64,000 bases of DNA from Sarea resinae. Lineage: Eukaryota. Positions 1 through 12,236 of this stretch are shown here, in pieces. Under the pieces are notes generated by a model. The model was not told where the DNA came from. It ran no database searches and saw only the letters and a list, made by a program, of their open reading frames with translations. Position 1 is the first letter of the stretch; every line of letters starts with the position of its first letter. The DNA lies in the NCBI GenBank assembly GCA_026026165.1, contig JAPEUD010000029.1, positions 62,001 to 126,000 on the forward strand, written 5' to 3'. The position numbers were made by a program, and so were the translations under genes.

Positions 1-1805
1 GGTAGTTTATGGTATCATCATTACTATAATCGTTATCAACAAAAACACAACATTATTAAAACAAACAATGCAGCCTTTCCGGGATTCAACAATTCCCTCT
101 ACCTGCATCTATTGCTCATAAAATGCTCACGCTCATATCCATTCATTCATTCATTTGCATCATATCCAATCTCGCGGCTCTTAGTGAGAGACATTGGATT
201 TCTATCAGACCTCAGACAGGCCAGGCCATAGCAGTGGAGTGCAGACGATCCGAACGAATGACAGGAGCCCAGTAGCGAGGATTGATAGATCTAGAGTCGA
301 CCCATGGATATAGGTACAGTAGTGCATGAGATATTCAATCGATAGACAAAGAGATCGAAAAGTTTATATCCACCCCCCCGACATACCTAACCCACCTTGC
401 CCTACCGGCCCCTGCCCCCTGGCCGCCTGGCCGCTGCCCTTCTCTGCCGTACGGAGTAAATTCCACTGTTTCGATCGCTTTGCTAATGACCGTGGAGTAA
501 GGTATGCTTGCTGTCTCGTCTTGTCGGAGCAGCTCCATGCGTCTACATCTGCGTCTCCTCTCGGGCTCCATCCCGCTCGCTACTTGATACCCTCTTCGAC
601 CTAGAGTACCTTGCCGTTCCCTTCCCTTAGTACTGATCTTAATTTATATACCTCACCTTTACGCTTCCCAGCTCCAGCTCCAGCCCCAGCACCAGCACCA
701 GCACCACTACCACTGACTCTACACCCAGAGATCTTCAAAAGAGAAACATAAGCCCCGTCGCCGTGACGCAACGGCGGGATCCTCCGTCCGTTGCATCCAT
801 CCGTCCAAGCAGGCATCCATGCATCCATGCATCTTATGACGACGTCCGCTCGCGTGTCTTGCCAGGTGCCCGTGTCCGTGTCCGTGCCCGCGCGGGCTGA
901 GGATGGGGGAGGGGAAGATCCCTGATGGCTTCCTGATTGGATTTTTGACTTGATTTGATTTGATTTGTGGAATATTGTTTGGGATGGGATGGGATGGAGG
1001 TAGTTCACTGCGTAGTGTAGGTCATGGTATTGTAGTGTAGGGGAGAGTAATAAAGAGCTTCAATAGCTTTACGTGATGTGGGTGGCTACCTCAAGGTAGG
1101 TAGGGAAGTTTGTCGGTCTGAGACTAGAAGGATGAGATGGTGGTGGTGCCGGTGGTGGTGGTGGATCAAGTAGATCAGGTAGGTAGGTAGGTGGGTTATT
1201 TCTTTGCATATAATACCACGGACCAGGTATTCTAGACCTTTGTGCACACACACACATATATATTATATGTGTGTGTATCTGTGCTTGCTTGCTTCCTCCT
1301 CTCCTCCTCCACCTCTCCACGCCTCTGACGAGAGCACGATACTCCGCGTACTCTATCATTTCCCTAGCTGCGCTGACCTGAAGTCCACCCTCTCGCAGAC
1401 AAACAAGCCAACAAACAACCAAACAAAAAAACTCCTTGGCACGAGACGGGACAGAGAGGGTAATATTCTTGTGGCTTTGACTTTGACTTTGATAGTTCTG
1501 GATCAGGATGGTGCCTATCTAAGGTACGGGGGCGCGAGTGGCTCGACGCTGGTGCCAGAGGGAGGCGTCTTGAGGATTTATTGGGCTCTGTGCGTGTGTG
1601 TGTCTGTGTGGGCCTGACAGATGTGAGCGAGAAGGAACGATAGGTAGGTATGACACGGAGAGAAGCAGCCAAGGAATCATGCCCTCGAGCTATACGACGA
1701 CGAGCACCACCACCACCAACACTGCTGGCTTCGCAACAACAAGAAGAAGAACAAAGACTGCTTATACACTTGGAATGAGCACCCACTCCATCGTCTACGA
1801 CCACG

Positions 1806-2958
1806 ATGTTGCTGCCCTCAGCACATAGTCAATGTCTCCCTTCGATAGCAACCCTCGAATCTCTCATCCATCAAGCCCTTCCCTCGGCCTCCTCCAACAA
1901 TCTCACCATCGTCCGCGTCGAAGATTTGCAAGGGACGGTCAATTCCTTGTTCCTGCTCCGGCTGTCTGATGGCTCGGCAGTGGTGCTGAAGATGGCGCCT
2001 CAGCAGCAGCAGCAGCAGCAGCAGCAACGACAGCAGCATTCATCTAGTACGCGGCTGCTGAGACATGAACATCGCTGTCTCGAGACCGAAGCCAGGATCT
2101 TGAGTCTGCTCTCCAATGCCACCACCCCTATCACCACCGATAACAACAACAACAGCAACACACGCATTCGGGTTCCTGACCTCCTTAGTTTCGAAGCGAG
2201 GTGCGGACTATTACGCGCACCTTATATGCTCACGACCTTCACGCCAGGCACCTCTCTTCGAGTCTTGGAGCCGCAGCTAACAGAAGTCGAGACGAAGCGC
2301 ATCTACCGGACATTGGGCACTCTCACAAAGACACTGAGTCGCCAGTACACAGCCGCTGCGTTCGGGCAACCCGCGTTGGTCCAATCAGGCCACGGCAGCC
2401 GAAGCTGGCGCGGCGCATTTTGTTCGCTTCTCGAATCCGTGCTGCGGGACGCCGAGGACATGCTGGTGTCATTGCCGTACGAACAGATCCGAGAACAGGT
2501 CGATCGGGTTGCGGGACTGCTTGAAGGGGTCGTGCAGGCTAGGCTCGTGGCACTGAATCTCGCCGATTCGGGGAACGTGCTGCTGAGTCCGACCACGAAG
2601 CAGATTACAGGACTATCAGGATTCGGGAACGCTATATGGGGTGACGTATTGATGGCTGAGGCATTTGTAGATGCGGGAATGTCTGGGCCTTTCTTAGAGG
2701 GCTTGGGAGCTCCTCGTGTGAGGATTGGAGCAGAGAGGATGCGCGTATTATTGTATGCATTAAATCCGGTTCTCTCCCCGGCTGTGATTGGCTGACGTTC
2801 TTGTTTCTTCCTCTAGATATGCGTGTTATCGTGCTGTCGTCACAATCGCGGCGTACTATTATCGCCCTCGAGATGATGGTCTCGGTTTGAGATTCGAACT
2901 CGAGGCTAGGAAGTCTCTTACGGGCAGCCTAGCTCAGCTAGCGGCTGCGCACATATGA
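1806..2958 (+). CDS. Aminoglycoside phosphotransferase (APH)/kinase-like protein, 2 exons (intron 2753-2816)
   Basis: The 329-aa ORF has APH-like segments (VVLKMAP...LLRHE, EARIL, RVPDLL, PYMLT, FG...W, GNVLL, AIWGD). A GTATGC...GCTGAC...CTAG intron joins it in frame to YACYRAVV...ELEARKSL...* (TGA 2956-2958). Confidence 0.8.
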
Positions 2959-3102
2959 TCAAGGTGTCCCAGAACATTCCTTGATCGTTGCATTCCGAGT
3001 TTGGGCTCTTTGGCGCGATGAAGGTCGAGGGCCTGTACGGTCCTGGGAAGAAGGAACGTTGAAATGGTGTCCGGTGGAAGTAGGGTCCGAGGCGAACGTA
3101 TA

Positions 3103-5166
3103 TTAGCCAGAACTACCTTCATTCCCGTCTTCATCCCGCGGCATCTGCAAACCCAGCATTCCCATGAGATTTCCTCCTGGCCCAGCTAAACCGGCCTGGC
3201 CCTTGAAGCTCTCGAGGAGATTCTTTGCCAGATTGAAATCAATGTCCACTGCTCCGTCTGAGTCGGAGCCCTCGTCGTCATCATCGAGGTTCTCATTTCG
3301 CTTTTCGGTCTCTTTCCCGCTATGGCTCTTTTGCCTCGCTTGTATAGCCTCCTTCTTAGCTGCAGTCTTCTCTACGGGAGGATCGAGGTTTAGCGCCCCA
3401 GATTCTTTCAGCTCGGCTTCCATGCGCTGCATCAGATCTTGTAGGGCTTTGCCTTCGTCCTCCTCATTTTCCACATCTTCCGCGTCCCCCGCATCTTCCG
3501 CATCTTCCGCATCAAGCTCTACGACTCTCGATGCCTTCGTGTCTGTCTCGCGTGTTGTCGAGGAAGCGTTGTCCTTAGTCGCCTCCACTGGTATGCCCAT
3601 CATCTCACGCATCATTCTGGTAAACTCCTCCTCATCAAATGACACATCTTTGTCCTCGCCCTCGGAGCTGACTTCGCTGCTTTCTTCATCATCCTCATCG
3701 TCCTCATCATCAAAGTCCATGTCGTCAAGAAATTCGGCTCCTTCGGCTCCAGCACTGTCATCATTGAGAAATTGCTCGAATCGAGAGACCATCTTTCGCA
3801 AATTCTCTTGAGCCGCCTTATCACCGAATCCGTCAGTTGAAGCAGATGCCCTAACCCCACCCCCTCGCTCAGCACGTTTTCCAGCCAGTTCGGTTTCAAA
3901 ATCCTCGAAGTTGATATCAAGCCACTTCTCATCGTCTTCTTTTCTGCCCCAGCTCCGTATATCTGCATCAGACGGCAGTTTTTCCTCGCCACTCTCCACA
4001 TCTTCTAGGAGCACTTTGATCTCCCTGACTGATATCTTGTCCTGATTCTGAGGGTCTGCTAGAAGCATCTCGAAGCCACAAGCGACTTTCATGCCGATCT
4101 CTGCTTGGTTAGACTCTGTCGTCTGCGCTTCCTTGGGAAGCTTTTCCTGCCATGCCTTGGGTGCCGAAAACTGTTGGCTCTTGAGCTGTGCGTAGCCGAC
4201 TTTGGTGAACTTCGTGCTTATGGCGACCAAATCTTCGGGTGGGAACTTGAGTCCAACTTGGCCTTTCGACTGTAGCGGCTTGAGTGATATGGGGTCTCGG
4301 AGGTAAAACGCCTCTATGGCTGCACTGATATAGGCTGGCTTCTCATGTAGTATATAAGCTAGCTTCCGTGGGACCACTATTCGTGCGAAATGAAAATTAT
4401 CGGCAATTTGCTGCGGGTATTTTTGGAGCCGATAGAAGGCTTCGGACTCGATAAGAGGCGAATGTATTAGCTTAGAGAAGTTCTTCGAGATTGCCGCGAG
4501 AGCTTCTTTTGGGGTTATCGTTCGTGAGGGCAGACGAGCTTCTTTGCTCTCTGTGTGGAGCGGCTCCTGTGGTATTATGAAGAGTTTTCCGTCATGTATC
4601 CAGACCTGACACATGTCAGTCACTATTTCGCGCCAGAATCATATGAATTTAAATGCGCTCACTCGATTGTCCGCAACTTCGGGGTTCAGCCACCGCGGCA
4701 ATGCATTTGCTGCTTCGATGAGCAGGAACTCGCCGTCAGTATCCACCACTCTTATCCATAGAGCCTCGAATTTCTTGCTCAGCTCCCGCAGAATATAGAC
4801 TATCAACCACTCGTCTTCTACAGAGTCCCCAAAATTCGTCCTCCCTTGCAGGAATGTGAGGCCTGCAGTGAGATTCATAAGTTAGCCCGCAATGGATGCT
4901 GCATGAGATCAAGTGTCCTGACCATCTGCCCGCTGGATCGCCAGCTCAAAACCCTCTCTCTGCCATATGTAGTCTCTCAGGAGGCCTTTCTTCAGAGCGG
5001 TGGCGGCCGCCTGTATATCTAACAAGCTCTGTCGTACTTGCGCCGGATCCTTGAGCTTCGAATCGATGATATAGAGGGAGTATTCGACGCAGTCTTCCGG
5101 CAGGCGTTTTGGGAAGCCATCGAAGCCTTCACCAAACCACTTCAGGCCATCCTGAGGGACATCCAT
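3103..5166 (-). CDS. Ecdysoneless/SGT1 (hSGT1) family protein, 3 exons
   Basis: Exons encode EDCVEY...DYIWQREGF, GRTNFGDSVEDEWLIVYILRELSK...DTDGEFLLIEAANALPRWLNPE...NR|VWIHDGKL, AFYLRDP, and C-terminal NLLESFKGQAGLAGPGGNLMG, all typical of the family. ATG is at 5166. Confidence 0.9.
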
Positions 5167-5617
5167 CGCGTGCGCCGTTGTTGGAAGTGTGTTGTGAGGA
5201 GGACAGCGGGCAGCGGGCAGCGGGCAACGGAAATCCAATAAAGTCACTATTTACTACTATGTAGGGCAACGATGCAGTCGATCAATCCCGATCGGATCTG
5301 GCGCGAGAGCTGCGTGATATGACGTTCTCGGCCCCTGAAGGAATTCTGCCCTCTGCGCTACTGGCTCGTCTTGCTCCTCGTACCCATCCCTCCGCCTAGC
5401 TTCTTCGCTTCGGCACGAAGGTAAACAAAACACGTCCTCCCCCAATCATCATCATCGTCTGCCATCAACATACCGTGCATCACCTTCAACGGCCTGGACT
5501 TGGCCTGCGCTCCCTACGTTCATTGTGATCGGTGTCTCTGAGGCTACAGAATATACCATGGAATAATCTTCTGAGTTTATATTTCTATTCCACGCGAAGG
5601 TCCCGACACTTTAGACA

Positions 5618-8600
5618 ATGGCGTTCCCATACCTCGACACACCGCGCACTGACGCGGGCAATGCGACCTCGCTCACCAATGGCCTCGATCTCAACATGTC
5701 CATTGAACAGTCTTTCCAGTCCCCATCCAACGAGAAAAATGATCTCATCAAGCAGATGCAAGGTGGTCGACGCGGTCCCGACTTACGGACGCCTCGATCT
5801 CGAGCAGTGTTGGGCGACCGCCGCAACCAGGCTGGAGCACCTCAGGCCGAGTTTACGCCTTTACTCAAAAGCGTCACGAAGAAGAACCTTCTTCGGCGTC
5901 AAAGCGGCGGACGAGAAAATGCGGTTCCACAGACACCAGTATTCTTGAAGCCTGGCTACCGCGCAGCCCAGAGCCCGGCCCTGCCGGGGGAAAGCTCAGG
6001 ACTCTACGAGGATCATACGGGAAGCTCATACGATGGCGAAGCTACTCCAGTACCACAGGTTGCCAGCAGTAGCGCCACTTCAACTCCTTTGGCCGTGTTA
6101 CCCAAGAGGGATGGTGGTGGCATGCTAGCAGACAGTGCTAATGCAATGACACTCAGAGAGCAGGAAAACGTCAGTATCTTTCATGTGATACCAAAGGCTT
6201 GTCTAACAACAATGTACAGATAATCAACAAGATTGAGAAGGAAAACTTCGGTCTGAAGCTCAAAATCCACTTCCTGGAGGATTCTCTTCGCAAAGCCGGA
6301 CCCGGATTCAGCGAGGCTGCGCTAAAGGAAAATACCGACCTCAAAGTCGAAAAGGTCACGCTCTCGAATGACCTGCGACGATACAAGAAGACCCTGCTCA
6401 ACGCTGAACGTGAGGTCGAAATGTACCGACAGCAACTCATGGATGTACAAGAGAAGGTCAAGCGGAAGCACATGGATGAGAGCCAGCGTGAGGAGCTTGC
6501 TCGTTTGCAAAGTGCGCTCGAGGAGAAGGAAGACGAGATCCAAGACTTGAGGGAGAAATTGGAGTCTGCTCAAGGCCAGGACCAAGAGGTTGAAAAGCTT
6601 CGGGATGAAATAGGTGACTTGGAGGGGGATCTACGGGAGAAGGACAGGATTATCGAAGAGAGAGAGGATGAGATCGTACGTTAGAATGCCTAAACTTTGT
6701 GACCTATGACTGACACAGGCGAAGGACGAGATGAAAGCCAATGCTACCAAAGACTCAAATACAGCTGAGGAGCTCGCGGAACAGCTGGAAACTGCACAGG
6801 GGCGTGTGCAAGAACTTGAGCTTTTACAATCATCTAAATCGGACCAGGCGCAAGAGCTGGAAAGTGCGCAGCAAGACCTTGCAGAGCTGGAAGAAAAGCT
6901 AGAAGATCTGCAAGAAAGAGCTGAGCGTGCAGAATCAGAAGCTAGAGATGCGCGGGAGGACCGACAAGAGGCACTCGAGGAGAAGCAGCATGCCGAAGAT
7001 GATCTGAATGAGGTATGTAATGGAATGCAACTTGGCAGAAGACCGCGCTGACCCTGGCGCGTAGTTGCGGGACGAGATGGCCAACAAATCCTTCACCACG
7101 AAAGGCCTTAGTCGCCAACTAGAGGAGAAGACGAACAAGCTCCAAGATGAGCTGGAGAGTCTTCGGGAAGATTATACAACGGTGCAGGCCCATTATCAGG
7201 TCAAGGTCCGCGAGACTGAAAAGCTGCAACAAAAAGTCGAGTCATTAGAGCAAGACAGCGATTCAAAGGAGCGGGCCTTGACCGAGGCTCTCGAGTCAGC
7301 CCAGAACGAGTGTGATGCCGCTAATCAGGAAAGAAACTCGTTGTCACAGAGATTACAAGCTGTTTCCAAGGATTTAGAGAACAAGTCTCAAGAGAAGGCC
7401 CTTCTGCAAACTCGACATGATGCATTGACAGACGAATCCCAAGGACTCCAGAAAGAATTAGCAGCAGCACAATCTAAGGTCCGGGAACTTGAGAGGAAGC
7501 TCGATTCTGAAACCCAGCTAGCCTTCGAGAATGATCATGCGCTGCGTGAGCAAGGCCAGGAAGAAATCGATACGCTCCAAGATGAAGTTGATAGTCTCCA
7601 TCGTAAAATGGCGGAGTGGCAAAGCCAATTTGATTCCCAGAATGACAGATGGGAAACACAGCGTCGATCTTTGGAGACACAGCGGGACCAGGCGGAAGAC
7701 CAAGCGGCAGGCTTGAAGCGGACAATTGAGAAACTTCAGGAAGCGGAGGGAACTTTGTCAGGCCGTGAGATGAAGCTTAAAGAGGCGCTTGATAGCGAGA
7801 ACGAGAGGCATCGAAGGGAAGAAACTCTCTTGTCCAGGCAAATCCAAGAGCTGCAGACTGAAGTCGATTCACGAAGAAGAGGCCTTGAGGAGGTCAGGGG
7901 AGAACTGGCCAGGGTGAAGGAAGATCTTAGGATTAGCAAACGCCAAGAGGAAGCTTTGACCGAAAAGACACAAGGCCTGGAAGACGAGATCGAAGTTCTT
8001 CAGGGGAGCTTGGACGAGGAGTCGGAGCGAGCGAGAGAGGAAGTTTCATCAGTTCGAGCAGAGGCAGAGGGGCTGCGACGACAGCTACATACGCTGAAGC
8101 AGGATCTGGCCAAGGCTCAAAATGCGCATGCGGATGCTCAAGCCCGGATTGAGACTTTCCAGGGGAACTTGCAGGCCGGCGAAGGATCGAAAGAACAGCT
8201 GGCGCAGCGACTCCAGGAGATCGAAATTCAGCTAACGAAGACCAAAAAGGAAAAGCAGAACCTTCAAGATCAGCTCGCCAATGTCAATATCGAGATGCAT
8301 AATCTGAAGACTGCATCCGCAGAGACGGAGGCTGAGAGAGATGAGATGAAGAGTCAGCTCAAGCAGATGCAAGAGCAGGTTGATGAGACGTTTCGACTTG
8401 ATCAGGAGAAGATAGATTTGCGCAAGACAAAGATAAAGCTGGAGAGCGATTTGAGTAGGGTAAAGGATGAACGTCGTGGCCTCTTGGAGAAAAATGAAGC
8501 CTTAGAGAAAGAATTGGAAATCGAGATTGAGAAGGCAAGCTCAGAAGAAGCCCGATTGGTGGCTGAGGTTGAGGATCTTCAGCGAAGACTCTCCACTGCG

Positions 8601-10038
8601 ACAGAAGGTAAAGATCGAGAGCTCATGGCGGCCAGACGCAATGTGCAGCGCCTTGAGCTCCAATTGAAAGAGCTGGAGAGCTTGCGGCAACACGGCAGTA
8701 GTGACGGAGATACAGCGATAGAGCTGTCGATGATTCGACACGATCTTTCAAACGCGCGCAACAAGGAAGCAGAGTACCTTCAGCGAGAAGCCACCAACAA
8801 AGAGACCGTACGGCAATTAAGGCTCAAGATCGCTGATCTAGAGCGAGATCTTCATGAAGTCGAAATGTCTAAGCTCCTAGTCGATTCACCAAAGTCTTCG
8901 GTCAGTGGATCAGCACGCAAGTCCGAGGTCGATGAAACTCGTAGGCAACTCGCAGAAGCGCACCAGCAGATGAAGGAACTCCGAGCCAAGACCAAGGATG
9001 TGGAGCGAGAGGCCCAACGAAAGCTGATAGCTTCCGATCGAGAGCATCAATATAAGCTGGATACCTACGAAAAGGAACGTGAGGAACTGGAAGCGGAACT
9101 TGTGGAGTGCCGGCTTCAGCGAGATGAACAGAAGACAAGGAGCCAATCAATAGAGCAGACTTTGGAGAGACTTCGGACAAGGATCCGCCAACTGGAAAAG
9201 GACTTGCACACTGCCCGTCTCGAAAACGCCGACCAAACGATTGCGGAAGAACGAAAAGATCTCCACGATATGGTCAAGGAATCTAAGCTCGAAGTCGAAG
9301 AGTTACAACTCGAGCTCTCTGACCGGGACCGACGGATCGAGACTCTCTTGTTCAAAGAGACAGAGCTTCGCGCATCCCTACAACGTGTCCGCCAAGAGCG
9401 TGGCACTCAGGCCGTGCGAGCGGAGGCCGCGACTGGCGAGCTCGAGTTACTGCAACGTAGGTATGAGCTTGCGATGGATGACATGGCACGTCTGCAAGAG
9501 ACGTGGGAGGAAGAGCGTCGAGCACTCACGCACAAGGTGCGGTTTGTGAACACGAGCGTCAGCAGCGTCCATGAAACAGCTGAGGTGGCACGACTCGAGC
9601 ATGAAATCAAGGAGAAAGAGAAGCGGCATCTGCTCGAACTCAAGGGCCTGGCAAAGCAAATGCAGTATCTGCGGGCTAAATGCAAGAGAGAGGAAATGTT
9701 CCGATCTGACTTGGCCTTCTCCAAGAAGTACATGTTGATGCAGATTAACATGTACACAATTTGGTAAGCTTTCTTCTGTGAAGCACATGAGGAGTCAATT
9801 CTAACTTCGTTATAGCAACAAGGCGGAGCTACAGATTCTGGCGGATATGGGCCTCACACCCGATCGCTCGATCCGTGAAAAGAGGCCAACCTTCAAGGTG
9901 GTGGCCTGGATGGTCTTGTCGAGTGTCAGAATGAAGAGACTGCAGTCGCAATGGGCAGAGAACAAGACTCTCTATAATACTCTGCTGAAGAAGAGAGAAC
10001 AAGCGAGACGGGCTTCTAGGAAGATTACAGGACATTAG
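5618..10038 (+). CDS. pcp1: Spindle pole body pericentrin-like protein (Pcp1/PcpA/Spc110 type), 5 exons
   Basis: N-terminal centrosomin motif 1 (TLREQEN|IINKIEKENFGLKLKIHFLED), a very long coiled coil, and a C-terminal PACT-like region (EMFRSDLAFSKKYM...RPTFKVVAWMVLSSVRMKRL). Introns are near 6170-6219, 6677-6726, 7013-7064 and 9764-9815. Confidence 0.85.
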
Positions 10039-10628
10039 CTGGCCAAGGGGTGTGCCTCCTTTTTTTGGTGTTTACGAGTTCGTTCGTTATCGTATGGGGC
10101 GGGGTTCGGGTATAGTCTATTGGATGATATCTTGTATGGCGTTTGGATGTGTGTGAGGGCTTGGCTTTGCTCTCTGGTTGTGCAAGAGGGCGAACTGTGG
10201 CGGTAGAAAAGTTCGCTGTGGTGTTCGGTCAATGAAATATCAATTTGAGTATACCCTTGTTAGGGCCAGAGTGACGAATCAGGCGACCATATCGCAATCA
10301 AGATATTTATGGTGCAGGTCGATAAGGTGGCATAGTAACTTTTTATATTCTCGACGATGCTTCGAATTCGCAGGAGTCAAGTCAACACAGCTTTGTGGTG
10401 TTCATACAATCGACCCTATCCCGCGTAGCTTACGATTGCATCAGGCGTTGGTGGTTGAAGGGTTGGCGATTACGGTACGCGACGGGCACAGAAGATGCGT
10501 TTTCAAATCATAGGTCAACGCCCTCACAGAAATTCGGGAAACTTTCAACTTCCTCACCATCGCAACGTTCAACTTCTACACGCCTCTACCTTTCCCACTC
10601 TCTCGACTCTCACGCCCTCACCACCACC

Positions 10629-11740
10629 ATGGGTGTGCCCTTCGACTATGCGCCTGACCGGCCGGAGCACGTCGATGCTATTCTCAATGGTCTCGACCGC
10701 TACAACCCCGAGACGACGTCGGTTTTCCAGGACTACGTGGCTTCACAGTGCGAGGAGAAGACGTATGACTGCTATGCCAACTTGGCTCTCCTGAAGCTGT
10801 AAGTTGATTTCTTTGCGCTTCGCAGCAGCGCCGCCTGTACATTGGCCAGCTGTTTCAGGCTCAATTCGATGAGGCGCGTAGCCTCTTAGATGATGATCAA
10901 TTTTACAACGTTTCCTATTACCTGACGGGCCCACCGGAGCTTGAATCACTCCGGGTCCTATGAAGCGATTGTATATTAGCTCTATCTGACACTCTTTCCC
11001 CTCGATCCCACCTGTCATTTCAGCAATTTTTTTGCATGCCAAGAAGTCTGCACACGGCTAATGCAAAACCTGCGATCCGCACCCACAGCTACCAATTCAA
11101 TCCCCATCTCGCGCGCGACGAGACCATTACCAACATCCTCGTCAAAGCCCTCACGGTCTTCCCCTCTGCCGACTTCAGCCTGTGCCTCCACCTCCTCCCT
11201 CCCCACATTCTCACCCCACACGCCGTGGCATCAGGCCTCGAGAACCCCGCTGCAGGAGACGCGCCTCTCTCTGAAGCCGTTCAGAAGCTTGCTACCCTTA
11301 ATACTTTACTTTCAGGCGCGCAGTATGCTCAGTTCTGGACAACACTGGACAGTGATGATCTGTATGCTGATCTGGTGGCCGATGTTGCCGGATTCGAGGA
11401 GTTGATGCGCGTGCGAATTGCAGTCAACGTGAGCCAAAGCTTCCGCGAGATTGAGCGAAAAGTGTTGGAGTCATGGTTGGGCCTGCAAGGGAAGGAATTT
11501 GAGCGGTTTGTGAGCGAAGTGTGCGGATGGGACATCAGTGAGGGAGTGGTGGCTGTGCCGGTCAACAAGGAGAACGAGGCCAAGGGTACCATTGTGAGGG
11601 AAAATGTCAAGTTTGATCGTAAGTTCACCCTCCCCGCTCAGCTCTCTCTTGTCTCCCTGTTTGCATCTCACGCTCCTTCTAACGCGCTTTGCACAGAATT
11701 CTCGCGCATGATCAAGAGGGCATATGAGCAGCCGGCATAG
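10629..11740 (+). CDS. eIF3k: Eukaryotic translation initiation factor 3 subunit K, 3 exons (introns 10799-11088, 11619-11696)
   Basis: [14 protein letters not shown]...GLDRYNPET...[17 protein letters not shown]...[17 protein letters not shown]...[18 protein letters not shown], with canonical splice signals. Confidence 0.93.
10885..10994 (+). ncRNA. Intronic box C/D snoRNA with two predicted rRNA guides (SNORD44-like D-box guide)
   Basis: Box C ATGATGA 10890-10896, D' CTGA 10922-10925, an internal hairpin (CCGGAG/CTCCGG), C'-like ATGAAGC 10960-10966 and box D CTGA 10986-10989. TATTAGCTCTA before box D is antisense to conserved 18S UAGAGCUAAUA. ACGTTTCCTATTA before D' pairs (one G:U) with conserved 25S UAAUAGGGAACGU. 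Confidence 0.85.
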
Positions 11741-12236
11741 GACTGCTGTCTCGCCGAGGAGGATTGGAAGGGCTGGATGGGACATTGTTAATGAATCTAT
11801 GCGTAGCCATGATGAAAAGCTCTTCCTCTTCCGTTTTGGAAGACTACGGACGCTATATGGGTTGGCATTCGGCGTTTTGTGTGCTACTTTCCGCATCTGA
11901 ATAGATGTGGTGACTTGAGGAGAAATAGAAAGTGTCTTCATTCTCAGAGGAAAAGGAAATCAAAAAATGATTGACTGTTATGATCTATTCTCACCATCAT
12001 CGATTCGAGCAGTGTCCCAATGCTTGAGCCGTCCACTCTGAATTTGCTTAGGAAAGTTGCGCTTGGGGGCTTCACGGACCCTGTAGAGAAGGGTGGGAAG
12101 AAAGCAGTACGGCCGACGTCGCGCGCACGGATGCAGTTCGCGATATCGACTTTTTCGGCGGGGTATTATTATTGTTTGGCCAACGCTCCCTTTCATTTCG
12201 ATTGACCCTTTTCCCTCTTTTCCCGTAAAACCAGAA

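Noticed and set aside
326..1830. Short ORFs on both strands upstream of the APH-like gene
   Set aside because: They are built from microsatellites (GCACCA, GGAT, GTAG, CA) and show no recognisable domain or consistent exon structure.
11036..11088. N-terminal part of the 234-aa ORF ([11 protein letters not shown]...)
   Set aside because: It is intronic sequence containing the branch point and acceptor of eIF3k intron 1.
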